NCBI GenBank assembly: GCA_002269645.1
Contig: NIVC01000910.1
Span: forward strand, 322,944 to 386,943
Reading direction: 5' to 3'
Origin: Macrostomum lignano
Taxonomy: Eukaryota
DNA length: 64,000 nt
In this document: piece after piece, positions 13,763 to 28,080 of the stretch
Layout of the letters: every line of letters starts with the position of its first letter
How positions within the stretch are numbered: position 1 is the stretch's first letter
The notes under the pieces: generated by a model
Databases searched by the model: none
Told to the model about the DNA's origin: nothing
The model's input: the letters and a program-made list of their open reading frames with translations, nothing else
Made by a program: the position numbers and the translations under genes

Positions 13763-14669
13763 AAGTCCCTCCACACAGCCACGCAATTCAGCACTTGGTG
13801 ACTGTCGCAGATCTGCAGATGGAGCGAGCGCACAGTCTGTGCCTACAAAGCCCCCAAATTCTAATATGGCAAACTTGATTAACCCGCTGGGGAATTAATT
13901 AATCGAGCACAGTAACTAACTAATCTGCTAAACCAGGTAAGCTGTGCAAAGAACGGGTGCTCAATAATTCAACGGCCTGCCCCTAAAAGCAGCCTTATTT
14001 GATGCCAGACTACCAAGAGAGGGGAAGTCAAGAAGGATCAGTGAAGTAGCAGATTTTGCAGCCGAGCTGGAAAAGCTACAACACACAGCGCCACTTCTTT
14101 TTTTATGATGGAAGGCGACTGAATTATTCAATGCAAGCTATTTGCCATCCACAGATTTGCTGCTTATCAAAACATAGCGAGAATATCTGCATGGCTTCAG
14201 CCTAGCAGCTAGGTAGGCCCTGCCCTCGCTGCCGGGCCCTATGATTACGGGTTGATTCTGCTTGAATGTTTTGCTCAACCTACCCCCGCCAGTGGGTAAG
14301 TCAGGAGCAGGCAGTTTGCACTACTGGCTAAATCGCAGTTTAGCTCATGGAAACAAACTTTACCTCCACATCCGCCCCCCTTTCACCCCCTCAGCCCTTG
14401 CACTCCATCCACTTCCAAAGAATTAATCAATCAGTTCTATAATAGAAATAGACTGGACTGCTTCGCACCCTTCTGCAGTTGTCTGCCAGCCCGTCTGCTG
14501 CACTGCAAGGTCCAACAGGCGCGGGGACACAGTGGCTGTGGAAAACTGAGTTGTGAGCAGCCTGGTCAATACAAATTATCGATTCTGATCTGTCGTATGA
14601 TACTGTCTGAGGTTTCTCTCAAGCCTGCGAGTTAAACTCTGCCAAATTTTCTAGAATTACAGCATTGTA

Positions 14670-16562
14670 CAGCCTGACATACACCCTGTCAGCAGTCCTG
14701 ATACAGCCTGACATACACCCTATAAGCAGCCCTGATACAGGCTGACATACACCCTATAAGCAGCCCTGATACAGGCTGACATACACCCTGTAAGCAGCCC
14801 TGATACAGGCTGACATACACCCTGTAAGCAGCCCTGATACAGCCTGACATACACCCTGTAAGCAGCACTGATACAGGCTGACATACACCCTGTCAGCAGC
14901 CCTGATACAGCCTGACATACAAACTGTCAGCAGTTCTGATACAGGCTGACATACACCCTGTCAGCAGTCCTGATACAGCCTGACATACACCCTATAAGCA
15001 GCCCTGATACAGGCTGACATACACCCTGTAAGCAGCCCTGATACAGGCTGACATACACCCTGTAAGCAGCCCTGATACAGCCTGACATACACCCTGTAAG
15101 CAGCACTGATACAGGCTGACATACACCCTGTCAGCAGCCCTGATACAGCCTGACATACAAACTGTCAGCAGTTCTGATACAGGCTGACATACACCCTGTC
15201 AGCAGTCCTGATACAGCCTGACATACACCCTATAAGCAGCCCTGATACAGGCTGACATACACCCTGTAAGCAGCCCTGATACAGGCTGACATACACCCTG
15301 TAAGCAGCCCTGATACAGCCTGACATACACCCTGTAAGCAGCACTGATACAGCCTGACATACACCCTGTCAGCAGTCCTGATACAGGCTGACATACACCC
15401 TGTAAGCAGCCCTGATACAGCCTGACATACACCCTGTCAGCAGCACTGATACAGGCTGACATACATCCTGTCAGCAGCCCTGATACAGGCTGACATACAC
15501 CCTGTCAGCAGCCCTGATACAGCCTGACATACACCCTGTAAGCAGCCCTGATACAGCCTGACATACACCCTGTCAGCAGCACTGATACAGGCTGACATAC
15601 ATCCTGTCAGCAGCCCTGATACAGGCTGACATACACCCTGTCAGCAGCCCTGATACAGCCTGACATACAAACTGTCAGCAGTTCTGATACAGGCTGACAT
15701 ACAAACTGTCAGCAGCACTGATACAGCCTGACATACACCCTGTCAGCAGTCCTGATACAGCCTGACATACACCCTGTAAGCAGCCCTGATACAGCCTGAC
15801 ATACACCCTATAAGCAGCCCTGATACAGCCTGACATACACCCTGTCAGCAGCCCTGATACAGCCTGACATACACCCTATAAGCAGCCCTGATACAGCCTG
15901 ACATACACCCTGTCAGCAGTCCTGATACAGGCTGACATACACCCTGTAAGCAGCCCTGATACAGCCTGACATACACCCTGTCAGCAGCACTGATACAGGC
16001 TGACATACACCCTGTCAGCAGCCCTGATACAGGCTGACATACACCCTGTAAGCAGCCCTGATACAGCCTGACATACACCCTGTCAGCAGCCCTGATACAG
16101 GCTGACATACACCCTGTCAGCAGTCCTGATACAGGCTGACATACACCCTGTAAGCAGCCCTGATACAGCCTGACATACACCCTGTCAGCAGCACTGATAC
16201 AGGCTGACATACACCCTGTCAGCAGCCCTGATACAGGCTGACATACACCCTGTCAGCAGCCCTGATACAGCCTGACATGCAAACTGTCAGCAGTTCTGAT
16301 ACAGGCTGACATACAAACTGTCAGCAGCACTGATACAGCCTGACATACACCCTGTCAGCAGTTCTGATACAGGCTGACATACAAACTGTCAGCAGCCCTG
16401 ATACAGGCTGACATACACCCTGTCAGCAGCCCTGATACAGCCTGACATACAAACTGTCAGCAGTTCTGATACAGGCTGACATACACCCTGTCAGCAGCCC
16501 TGATACAGCCTGACATACAAACTGTCAGCAGTTCTGATACAGGCTGACATACAAACTGTCAG
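14670..16562. repeat. 34-bp minisatellite, ~1.9 kb
   Basis: Unit cagcctgacatacaccctgtcagcagccctgata. Variant units recur in blocks, suggesting higher-order repetition. Confidence 0.97.
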
Positions 16563-18126
16563 CCAGCCCTGACACTCAATCGCAGTCTGGTTCAGCCTGA
16601 CCTCCAATGTTAGGCAGCCTAAACCCAGTTCAGACTGTTCGTTAGCACACAAGTAGATCTGCAATAGTGTAATGGCACACCAGCCTTCGCTAGTGAACAA
16701 ACCGGCAATAATGCTGACTGGTGGGCCAGGCAAAAGACAATAGGATTAGTTGAATGCACTCAGCAGTTTCACCAGCCAATCAGAGTCGAGCTACCCAGCG
16801 ACTGGGTCGAAGTCGGGGGCTAACAGAGCTCCCCTCCCTTGCCGCCCCCCGCCAATACAACTGCTTGGCTTGTGTCTCTTTAACAGGAGGCAGCAGCTTT
16901 GCCTATAGAAGCTGTGCTATTGTGAGCCGCTGATCACAAAGTAGAACTGTGCAGTTGAGTACACACATAGCAAACCGGTGAGTGCTTTGTTCATTTGTAT
17001 TCATACTTATAGTAGTTGAAACAACAGCGCAGAACCCAGAGAAGGGATTATTTTTAGAAAGCGCTTCATCTAGTGCAGAATTGCAGCGCGTGCTGCTGCT
17101 GGAATCCCCTTGGGAAGGGGGGGGTAAAATGACGGAGCCGTTCTCGAACTGGCCAACTGGTCCGCTCTTCAAGGTTCGAATTTGAATCTTTTTTCTCCCC
17201 ACACGGGAATCAACTTCTGCTGGGAAAAGCGAAGGGCCGGTAGAAGGTAGAGGCCCCATCCCGCTTCCCCTGGTCCGCCAGTCCTTCCCAATCTCCTTCG
17301 GCTGAATGACGTGCGTGGTCCCTGTTCCTCATTTTCCCACACAGGTGAGAGACGCGGAGCTGCTGCGGGATGGGGGGAACTTGTCGGGGATTTCTAAGCT
17401 GTAACGGCAGCTTTTCACCCGATTTTGAAATTCCGCGCAAGGGAAAGTGCAGCTCTGATTGTTTGCAGTTTGCAGTCCGTTTGCAGTCGGCGTAAGCAAC
17501 TGATGGCTCGCTAATGGCTTGTCAATTCACCTGAGCCATTGGGTAACCAAGAAGAGCCTTGCCTATCAGCTGGATCCTCTGCCCTCATCCAGTTTACCCT
17601 GTTAAAATCTGAATCTTTAATGTACCAATTGCGGGAGACTTGATTTTCTAAAAAAGTCGCTCAACAACAAACTACTTCAGATTGCTTTTTTGTTGGAAGC
17701 AGATCAGATGTTTATCCTTAAATAAGCCGCTGTATGGGTGTGTGGGATGATGTCACCGAAGGCATCAGAAGGTTTAGACTAATTGGAGTGCAGTGAAAAA
17801 GTGGGCATTTAATTTGAATCTTGGGGTTGATTCTGGGTGAACCAAATAGAAATGGCTTCGAGAAGCAAATCAGACAAGCTATTTTATAAATGATCATTTA
17901 ATTTTGCTGCGAGTTGCAGTTTCTATAGAAAATCGGCCTGTGAAATTGACACGATCTGCGAGAGAATACGGGAGGTTCTTTTGCCTTCTTTCGCTATCAT
18001 TGCTTTGATTACCGCCAGCTCAGTGATTTGGCTTAGCGCTCTGATATGCCAGCGGCCCAGGCTCGATTCCAAGTGCAGAAATTGGAATCTCGGCTTGGTT
18101 CTGCTTGGGCAATTAACACCTTGGAG

Positions 18127-18335
18127 GGCCAACCCCCAAGGCGCAGTGAAGTGTACATGCCTAAAGATAAATACAGTTAAGGCCGCTGTGCACTCCTGTG
18201 TGTGTGTGCCTGCGTACGTATCCGCGCGCTTGTATGCCTGCTCAGGGGAGTCGGCGGAATGGGCAGTAATGCCTCTCGCCGGTTGTGCCTATGTCGCTTA
18301 AAGTGCGCCAGAGTGCACACAACCCCCCTGTCTCT
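18127..18335 (+). mobile_element. Dispersed repeat (SINE body), copy 2
   Basis: Colinear similarity to 7447-7665. Confidence 0.8.
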
Positions 18336-19064
18336 AACAAGATAATTTTCAGCCTTGTTGTATCCAGGTCTCAAATAGTATGAACATCTCAACATTTCTT
18401 TTAAAAACCACGAAGTTGGTTTTCAAAAAACTAATTTGCGTATTCGATTGCTCGCAGCAAAAATTTCTGGTAGCTTGCTGTGTTGGGACTCAAGGCCTGG
18501 GCCGCTCAAGTATCAAAGCTTCCCTCGATGCAGAAGGCAGAGCTGTGGACTTCGGCACTCAGATGACTCCACATCGGTGTCGCAAAGTGGGGACAGAAGC
18601 AGCCGCTCGATATTGAGTCAACACTGGGGCACCAGATGAAGGACAGTGTTTGCCTCAGCTGGCTAGGATTAAGGAATGACTTTCTCTCGCGCCTATCCGG
18701 CCATCCAGCCTCTCTCTCTTCCTCATCCGTTCTTGATGATGAAAAGACAACACAGTTGATGCGCTTGATGCTTTGCTGTTTCTTAAATAATTTTTATGGC
18801 CACACCAAGACATTGGAGCTGTATGAGGTTAATTCCCAGGTAATCCAGTGCAGTTTTACTCAAAATCTGTTGGCCTAATGAATTTCAAAGCTAAGCCTTT
18901 CTGAAACTGGAGTTTATAAGAGATTTCGGGAGTGATGGTGCCGTGAGTGCATTTCAGGTCAGCTGATTGATTATTGAACAAAATCGATACTGGAAAATAT
19001 TAAGAAGTGGATAGGATGAATGCTAATCCGAGTTGCATTTGCCAGATATGAGTTTCTCATCTGA

Positions 19065-19490
19065 GAGATAGACGGTAGATAGGAAACCTAGACAGTAGAT
19101 AGGAGAGGTAGATGGTAGATAGGAGAGGTAGATGGTAGATAGGAGAGGTAGATGGTAGATAGGAGAGGTAGATGGTAGATAGGAGAGGTAGACGGTACAT
19201 GTAGATGTGAGAGGTAGACAGTAGATAGGAGAGGTAGACGGTAGATAGATAAGTAGACGGTAGATAGGAGAGGTAGACGGTAGATAGAGAAGTAGACGGT
19301 AGATAGGAGAGGTAGACGGTAGATAGAGATGTAGAGGGTAGATAGGAGAGGTAGACGGTAGATGGGAGAGGTGGACGGTAGATAGGAAAAGTAGACGGTA
19401 CATGTAGATATGAGAGGTAGACAGTAGATAGGAGAGGTAGACAGTAAATGGGAGAAGTATACAGTAGATAGGAGAGGTAGATAGTAGGTG
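19065..19490. repeat. ~20-bp purine-rich minisatellite
   Basis: Unit gatggtagataggagaggta and variants. Confidence 0.9.
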
Positions 19491-20024
19491 GGAGACACTG
19501 AACAGTGACAGACGGCAAGGCCACAGCAATAGTACAAGGCTCCCGCCCCAAGAAAAGATACTAAAGCTGCAAGCACTTGCATTTGCCCAGCCGTCTCCCT
19601 CCCCCAAGCAACCCCCCTCCGAACTGTTGACCGGCTAGAAAGTGGCGCCGCCCTCCCCAGCACGTATCGCATGTCGCTCACGGGCGGTGCCGGAGGTTGA
19701 AAGTCCAGACAGCCGCATCATCTCTGGCCTCCCTCACAGCCTCCCCTCTCAGGTAACTCCTTCGCTAATTGCCGCAGTCAATTGCACCTGCGCAATGGCG
19801 CATCATATCAATAATTTTATTTTTGCTTTCTAATACCCACAATATCTGCTATTGGGCTTCTTTTAGTCTCCATGCCTTTTCCTCTTTAAAAAGAATAGAG
19901 ATTTTTGCTGGGCTCTCGGCATCAATTAGGGCAAAGCCCGCTCTTAAGCTGACGTTGGTTCGCGTCGCAGTGTTTGTCCGAGGATTGACTGATTCACGCT
20001 TTTTTACACGCTGGAACACTGGAA

Positions 20025-20270
20025 CGGCAACAACAAAAACAACAACAACAACGACAACAGCGACGACAACAACAAAAACAGCAACAATAACAACAACAAT
20101 AACAACAACAATAACAACAACTATAACAACAACAATAATAACAACAAAAATAACAATAACAACAAAAGCAACAACAAAACAATAACAATAACAACACCAA
20201 TAACAACGACGACAAAAACTACAATGACAACAACAACAAAAACAACAACAACAACAACAACAACAACAAG
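20025..20270. repeat. (AAC/AAT)n degenerate microsatellite
   Basis: Direct reading. Confidence 0.9.
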
Positions 20271-20738
20271 CAGTCGACAAGCGGCACCTCCTGCACTGGC
20301 TGCTGTGGTCAGTACGACTGCCAGCTGGAATTGCCGCAACAGGTCGCTTGACAGCATGAAGTGGGAATAATTACGGGAATTATATCAAATCCCCTTGAAG
20401 CAGAATCCCTGACGATGATGAAATATTTCATACGAGCGCTCTTGCTTCTGCTTTTTTATGCGAGTAACTGCGTTTTCCCCTTTTAAAACTAAAGAAGAAC
20501 AAATAGCACCCATCTCGAAAAACCGGGCACTCATATCACCGAGGGAATTCGTGCCTGCTAGTAGCTATAAAATCCCCACTGACTTGATTAAGCTCAGACT
20601 GATCCCAATTCTCACTCAATGCCGCAAACCCCCACCCTACTACTTCCTCTGTATACCTCGCAGTTTATTCCCTCCCTCTCTCTCCTCTGTCGTCTGCAGC
20701 TGCCAGCTGAATCGATTGGTCCGGCAGAGCGCTGAACG

Positions 20739-20810
<72 letters not shown>

Positions 20811-21117
20811 CTCTCTTCTCTTCGCATTTAGCGCCGAAACCTCTGCTATTGAGTCAACACAGGCACCGGCCCTGCAGCGTCCCAGAAACCCGGGAGATTC
20901 TAATGAGCCCTGCGCCGCGTGAAAACAGAAAATTTTGGCAATCCCAAATTAAAGCTTTTTTCGGATGGAGAGTATTAGAAATGCTAAAGTGATGCTTTGT
21001 TAGGCTTGGGAGAGGCACTTGGGAGCTTGCGGCTTTGCGGAATGAGAGTCGGGGAATCAGAATGGGAATTAGAATCAATAATTATATTGATAACTTTTAG
21101 AAGCATTAAGCCAATTA

Positions 21118-21660
21118 GAATAGGGAATAAGAATAGGGAATGAGAATAGGGGAATGAGAGTAGGGGAATGAGAATAGGGAATGAGTATAGGGGAATGAGA
21201 GTAGGGGAATGAGAATAGGGAATGAGAATAGGGGAATGAGAGTAGGGGAATGAGAATAGGGGAATGAGAATAGGGGAATGAGAGTGGGGAATGAAAATAG
21301 GATAACGAGAGTAGGGGGGTAAGAATGGGGGAATGAGAATGGGGGAATGATAATAGGGGAATGAGAGTAGGGGAATAAGAATAGGGGAATGAGAATAGGG
21401 AAATGAGAATGCGGGAATGAGTGTAGGGGAATGAGAATAAGGAAATGAGAATAGCTATGAGTGTTGAGGAATGAGAATAGCTATGAGTGTTGAGGAATGA
21501 GAATAGCTATGAGTGTTGAGGAATGAGAATAGCTATGAGTGTTGAGGAATGAGAATAGCTATGAGTGTTGAGGAATGAGAATAGCTATGAGTGTTGAGGA
21601 ATGAGAATAGCTATGAGTGTTGAGGAATGAGAATAGCTATGAGTGTTGAGGAATGAGAAT
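21118..21660. repeat. Compound ~13-bp and 26-bp minisatellite
   Basis: gggaatgagaata-type units, then atgagtgttgaggaatgagaatagct repeated ~7 times. Confidence 0.9.
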
Positions 21661-21764
21661 GCCGAATGAAAAATGAAAAATTGCCAAGAATTTAGAATGA
21701 GCTCGAATTGACTGAATGCTGAGAGCCCCGCCCTCTCCCCACGCAGTGCGGGCGGCCAGAGGCA

Positions 21765-21872
21765 ATGTACGCGTCATCCGGAGCCGGCGGCGAACGGCGC
21801 GGCGACAAGGAGAACTACAAGAAGAAGTCTGGAAAGGAGGCACCGAGCCAGCTTTCGCCTGAAGTGCTTGCT
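21765..21872 (+). CDS. Candidate alternative first coding exon A of DPP6/10-like gene
   Basis: gcaATG. MYASSGAGGERRGDKENYKKKSGKEAPSQLSPE(VLA). Phase-0 donor GCT|gtgagc at 21873, or GAA|gtgctt at 21864. GC-rich island with upstream GC box. Confidence 0.5.
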
Positions 21873-21904
21873 GTGAGCATTTTTATTGTTAGCAGTCAGT
21901 GAAA

Positions 21905-22222
21905 TTGCAATCTAATTATCTGCAGTCTGATTATCTGCAATCTGATTATCTGCAATCTGATTATCTGCAATCTGATTATCTGCAATCTGATTATCTGCAA
22001 TCTGATTATCTGCAATCTGATTATCTGCAATCTGATTATCTGCAATCTGATTATCTGCAATCTGATTATCTGCAATCTGATTATCTGCAATCTGATTATC
22101 TGCAATCTGATTATCTGCAATCTGATTATCTGCAATCTGATTATCTGCAATCTGATTATCTGCAATCTGATTATCTGCAATCTGATTATCTGCAATCTGA
22201 TTATCTGCAATCTGATTATCAT
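21905..22222. repeat. 15-bp minisatellite
   Basis: Unit tctgattatctgcaa, near-perfect copies. Confidence 0.97.
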
Positions 22223-22457
22223 CTGAAATTTATATAAAGAGCATATAAAAGCCTTTGAAGTGAAAGAAAGGAAGCAGTTGATTAATGCTCTTCGTCTTTT
22301 GCTTTCTGATTGCATGTTTTGCCTGAAGCAGATTTACAATTTTTTGATACATTTTTACTAACTAGCATATGCTTCACAGCTGAAACAGCTAGCATTTCAG
22401 GGGGACTAAAATTAGGAATTCAATACGGATTTCTCGAATTGGAGAGTCCACAGATCT

Positions 22458-23205
22458 TCAGTCTCATGTGTCTCAGTCTCATGTGTCTCATGTGTCTCAG
22501 TCTCTTGTGTCTCATGTGTCTCGTGTGTCTCAGTCTCATTTGTCTCAGTCTCATGTGTCTCATGTGTCTCATGTGTCTTGTGTGTCTCAGTCTCATTTGT
22601 CTCAGTCTCATGTGTCTCAGTCTCATTTGTCTCAGTCTCATGTGTCTCAGTCTCATTTGTCTCAGTCTCATGTGTCTCATGTGTCTCAGTCTCATGTGTT
22701 TCAGTCTCATGTGTCTCAGTCTCATGTGTTTCAGTCTCATGTGTCTCAGTCTCATGTGTCTCATGTGTCTCAGTCTCATGTGTTTCAGTCTCATGTGTCT
22801 CAGTCTCATGTGTTTCAGTCTCATGTGTCTCAGTCTCATGTGTCTCAGTCTCATGTGTTTCAGTCTCATGTGTCTCAGTCTCATGTGTCTCAGTCTCATG
22901 TGTCTCAGTCTCATGTGTCTCAGTCTCATGTGTCTCAGTCTCATGTGTTTCAGTCTCATGTGTCTCAGTCTCATGTGTCTCAGTCTCATGTGTCTCAGTC
23001 TCATGTGTCTCAGTCTCATGTGTCTCAGTCTCATGTGTCTCAGTCTCATGTGTTTCAGTCTCATGTGTCTCAGTCTCATGTGTCTCAGTCTCATGTGTCT
23101 CAGTCTCATGTGTCTCAGTCTCATGTGTCTCAGTCTCATGTGTCTCAGTCTCATGTGTCTCAGTCTCATGTGTCTCAGTCTCATGTGTCTCAGTCTCATG
23201 TACTC
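22458..23205. repeat. 15-bp minisatellite
   Basis: Unit tctcagtctcatgtg. Confidence 0.97.
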
Positions 23206-23642
23206 AGCCTGGAAATCGGGTCTAATAATCAGGAATTACTGCAGCATTCCCACATTTAGAATGGGAGCAGTTGAGCTTCATCTGGGCGGAGGAGGCTGCA
23301 GACGCTGTAATTACCGGAAGATGCGGCAGGGAAACGCCGATGGCCTTCACTGCGTAGCCGTCAGAAGCGACAGGGGCGCAGAAAGGGAAGAGACTGAGAG
23401 AGAAAAAATGATCCTCAAAAATCCCACCCATTCCCAAGCCTCCTCGAGCCGCCCCTCAAAGCAAAGGCGATGTTTCATTTTCTCTCTGCTCTCGTCTGCT
23501 TTTTTCGAAAATAAGAAAAAACAAAAGCAGCTGCCAGAGCTTTTGGGAGGGGCGGGAAGAGCAGAGCAGCGGGAGAGGAGACAGCTGAGCACACTGCTAG
23601 CGCACCTGAGCAGCATCTCTGCTTGAGTTGAGTTGAGCGGGC

Positions 23643-23927
23643 ATGTCGGCGCCTCCGGACCCGCTGTTCGAAGACTACGCCAACGACGATGTCATCGCCG
23701 AAGACCCGGACAGCCACTGGCGGCGGCTGCTTCGTCGGCGGCAGGCCGGCCAAGCCGCCACCGCCAGTCGCCAAGGCAACAGCAACAGAGGCGGCGAAGG
23801 CGCTGTTGCTGCAGCGGCCGCTGAGGACAAGGCGGAGCTGGCGGCGACTTGCGGCGGCCAAAAAGCGGCGGCCGGCGGGACGAGCAGGCGGGATGAGGAG
23901 GCGGCCAGGCTGGCGCAGCTGCAGGTG
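23643..23927 (+). CDS. Candidate alternative first coding exon B of DPP6/10-like gene
   Basis: ggcATG. 94-95 codons, MSAPPDPLFEDYANDDVIAEDPDSHWRRLLRRRQ...EEAARLAQLQ(V). Phase-0 donor GTG|gtgagg, or CAG|gtggtg. Strong GC3, coding-like composition. Confidence 0.6.
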
Positions 23928-25039
23928 GTGAGGCGGAGATGGTAGAGAGAGAGAGAGAGAACGTTCGGCAGCCGATATGTTGTGTAGTAGTAAACATAGC
24001 AAAGACTGAGTTTTTTAACTAGAATTTTCTTACTTTTTGACTTGTAGGGGGTCACAGAGGAGTCGCAGAGGGGTCACAGAGGGGTCGCAGAGGGGTCACA
24101 GAGGATTCGCAGGAAGGCAGGGGTCGTGAGCGTCACTCTCTAGAACTAGAGGACCCGGGCTCGATTCTTGATGAGGCTGCGCGTGCATCCTGAAGAGAAT
24201 CTCACCGCTAAGCTTCCCAAAAAATATCCGATTTCGATAAGCAAACCACGCTACTATCAGTAGCTTGAAATTCATACTAGTCGACATTTTATTGCTTGAC
24301 TTGTTCAGAATTTTTTCGACAGTTTTTTTCGGCTGTTCGTCTTACTATTAGTAGCAGCTAACAGACTTTATACGCCACGATGAATACAGAACTTAATTAA
24401 GATGAAAGCTTTGATTTAATTTTGAATTCACTCAGGCCATGTATATTGCACCCAGTGCATGGGTTCTGGGTTTCAGAAATTGTTTCCAAGAGCTGAGACT
24501 CGAACTGAGGACCTCTTGAAAACAATTTAGCTAATACAATTCAACCCAAAATTGAGTCATTTAAAAGAAAACAACTTCAAAGAGGAATTCCGCCACTCGC
24601 TTCTTCTCCTGTGCGCCATCTCCCCGCTCTGTCCGCGGTGCAACAACAATAGAGACAACAATATTACTTTTTGAGTTTGAGGGCGGTACACGGCTGCAAT
24701 GGCCTGACTGCCAACCCTAACAGTGCATTAATAAATCAAGCCATGGTTAGACAAAGAAGGCACCGCATGCTGCTTCTGCTCCTGGGTGCTTGGGCTCCCG
24801 GGGATTTCTGCAGACCTCAGTTCAGTACCGACACTTGACAGCTGGCTAGGTAGGATTTATGAGCATTTGCTCATTGAATTTCTCTGGGAAGAGCATTGCG
24901 TTAGTGTAGATTACCGGTAGACAATAGAATAGTGACAGGATAAATCGTGAGAAGTAGGTAGTATTGAAAAGTAGCTAGTATTATTGCAAGAAGTAGACAG
25001 GAAAATTATAAGAAGGTGATATGAACGTAAGAACCAGAC

Positions 25040-26092
25040 TGTGCTGTGCAACCGTGAGAAACAGACAGTGCAACCATGAGAAACAGATAATGCAATCGTG
25101 AGAAACAGATAATGCAACCATGAGAAACAGACAATGCAACCATGAGAAACAGACTATGCAACCGTGAGAAACAGACAATGCAACCATGAGAAACAGATAA
25201 TGCAACCGTGAGAAACAGATAATGCAACCGTGAGAAACAGATAATGCAACCGTGAGAAACAGATAATGCAACCGTGAGAAACAGACAGTGAAACCGTGAG
25301 AAACAGACAGTGCAACCGTGAGAAACAGACAGTGCAACCGTAAGAAGCAGACAATGCAACCGTGAGAAACAGACAGTGCAACCGTGAGAAACAGACAGTG
25401 CAACCGTAAGAAGCAGACAATGCAACCGTGAGAAACAGACAGTGCAACCGTGAGAAACAGACAGTGCAACCGTAAGAAGCAGACAATGCAACCGTGAGAA
25501 ACAGACAATGCAACCGTGAGAAACAGACAGTGCAACCGTGAGAAACAGACAGTGCAACCGTGAGAAGCAGACAATGCAACCGTGAGAAACAGACAATGCA
25601 ACCGTGAGAAACAGATAATGCAACCGTGAGAAACAGATAATGCAACCGTGAGAAACAGATAATGCAATCGTGAGAAACGGACAATGCAACCATGAGAAAC
25701 AGACTATGCAATCGTGAGAAACAGACAATGCAACCATGAGAAACAGACAATGCAACCGTGAGAAACGGACAATGCAACCGTGAGAAACAGATAATGCAAC
25801 CGTGAGAAACAGATAATGCAACCGTTAGAAACAGATAATGCAACCGTGAGAAGCAGACAATGCAACCTTGAGAACTAGACAATGCAATCTTGAGAAACAG
25901 ACAATGCAACCGTGAGAAACAGATAATGCAACCGTTAGAAACAGATAATGCAACCGTGAGAAGCAGACAATGCAACCTTGAGAACTAGACAATGCAATCT
26001 TGAGAAACAGACAATGCAACCGTGAGAAACAGACAGTGCAACCGTGAGAAACAGACAATGCAACCTTGAGAACTAGACAGTGCAATCGTGAG
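25040..26092. repeat. 22-bp minisatellite
   Basis: Unit tgcaaccgtgagaaacagacaa. Confidence 0.96.
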
Positions 26093-26424
26093 AATTGTCA
26101 TATTAACAAAAGTAAGAATTATCTGAAATTACTGTCAGCATAATGCCACCACTCCGCAATTGGACAGAGTTCAACAACTCCATTGCTGACAAATTCAAAG
26201 CCGCTCTGCTCACACCGAGAGAGGCCGCAAAGTGGAGGGTGGAAGGCGAGCTCCAGTCCAAATCCACCATGGCTAGCTGTGGTTGGCTAAGGTTGGCCCC
26301 ATTGGTTGCATATTATTACTGTATATGTAAGCTTAGCCTTCTAAATCGCTGGGGCTATCGACACAGTCGACGTGTTTCAGTCGCGTTGAGTTTCTTATAA
26401 ATTAATAAATAGCTGATAAAAGTC

Positions 26425-26598
26425 ATGTTCGCCGCTCGCGTCACGGTCGGCGGCAGAGGCGGTGGCGGCGGCGGTGGTGGCGGCGGGGGAGGCGACGATC
26501 ACGTCGGTGATGGCGGCGGCGGCGGTAACGGTGCCCTGCTGAAGGGGCGGTTCAACAGGCGCACGGAGAACGTTGACACCGTGTTCGAGAATATGGAG
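26425..26598 (+). CDS. Candidate alternative first coding exon C of DPP6/10-like gene
   Basis: gtcATG. 58 codons, MFAARVTVGGRGGGG...LLKGRFNRRTENVDTVFENME. Phase-0 donor GAG|gtgaga. The C-terminal motif is paralogous to exon D. Confidence 0.7.
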
Positions 26599-27789
26599 GT
26601 GAGAACAGGAGCCGCCAATAGAGACTAAGCGCCAAGAAGGTCCTGGGTTCGAGTCGGATTAGTGCCCAGGTGGATTTAACACAAGTCGACTAGCAATCCA
26701 ACGAATAAAGCTATTATTAAGCACCAAGAAGGTCCTGGGTTCGAGTCTAGTTAACGAGCCTGGTGTCAATAAAAAATATAAGAAATGCCAATCGAAAAAA
26801 TGTTGCAAAAGACCCAATTCAGAGAAGCCCCATAACTTTTTGAACAAAAAAAATCTCTGAAAAAATCAGTGCCCAAAGTTTAAAAATCTCGAAGTGCTAA
26901 CGCAGCTAGATTCTGTTTCCCTCCCCCGGCCAGCGCCCAAAGTAAAAAAATTCCGGAATGCTGGTTCCCTGTGGCTGCGCTATCATAAAACTTCAGCGGC
27001 TATTTTAAGTTTCATGTTTAGTAACTCCTGAGAGTCAATGCAACAGCAATGGAAAACCAATAAATTAGGCACTGATTTGGGCAGACATTTTCTGCTTTTA
27101 ACTCTATCAAGCCGATCCCAGAACGCATTGCAGAATGCGCGGGCTGTTCCGCGCAGCTGGCATAGGGAAGAGGCGGGTCGGCCTGTCCCGCGGATGCATC
27201 GCATAAAACTCCGCAAGCAGGGTGGGGAGGTGAAGAGACGGGAGAGATAGCCGAAGATCCGGCACGGCGCCTCCACTTGCTCGGCTGAGTGCAGCGTGCG
27301 CGATGAAAATAAAATATTCATTGGACAACTGAGGCCCCGGAATGGATTGAGAAGGAAATCGGTTGGGGAGGATACGAGTGGCAGTGGGAAGCGACCTGGA
27401 ATCTGGATAAAAGTTCCATGCTTAGCTTGTTCATCTCAGAAAAGTTTGTCATGGCCTGCGGATGATCAGAGGCTCAGCTGTGCTCATGCGAACTGCATGA
27501 GATCTGAATGAGTTATACTAAATTTTCCTTGTGGTTTGATGCTGCCATTGAATATAAAAAATATGGAAAGCATTTATGATAGAAGGAGGGAAAGGAGGGT
27601 GAGAGATATAAGAATAAGGTAGGATAGAAAAAAACGATGGGAGACGAAAGAGGAGAGAGGAGAGAAGAGAGAGAGGAGAGGGAGAGAGGGGGAGAGGAAA
27701 GAGTCTTAACCCCAAAGCATTGACGCGGTGACGCAGATGTTAAAGCGATATTGTTTATTCTTCCTCAGGGCTAATATGAGTATGCAACT

Positions 27790-28080
27790 TCCCCAGAGAG
27801 AAGAGAGAGGAAAGAGGAGAGAGGAGAGAGGAGAGAGGAGAGAGGAGAGAGGAGAGAGGAGAGAGGAGAGAGGAGAGAGGAAAGAGGAGAGAGGAGAGAG
27901 GAGAGAGGAGAGAGGAGAGAGGAGAGAGGAGAGAGGAGAGAGGAGAGAGGAGAGAGGAGAGAGGAGAGAGGAGAGAGGAGAGAGGAGAGGAGAGAGGAGA
28001 GAGGAGAGAGGAGAGAGGAGAGAGGAGAGAGGAGAGAGGAGAGAGGAGAGAGGAGAGAGGAGAGAGAAGAGAGAAGAGGT
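27790..28080. repeat. (GAGAGGA)n purine microsatellite
   Basis: Direct reading. Confidence 0.95.

Noticed and set aside
14266-14295. MFCSTYPRQW|gtaagt as another first exon
   Set aside because: Phase 0 with a good donor, but T at -3, no coding-like island and very short. Chance is likely.
17306-17344. MTCVVPVPHFPTQ|gtgaga as another first exon
   Set aside because: Strong donor and phase 0, but poor start context (T at -3, TGA directly before). Cannot be supported without transcripts, though it is worth including in a junction search.
18636-18878. 80-aa ORF with a phase-0 CAG|gtaatc
   Set aside because: Non-coding-like composition and no similarity to the other exons.
22310-23626. Cys/Met/Leu- or His/Ser-rich repeat proteins
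   Set aside because: The 15-bp satellite is open in several frames on both strands, with no splice or homology support. The same applies to ORFs over the 5.7, 8.3, 15-16, 25, 48.4, 60.4 and 62-63 kb arrays.
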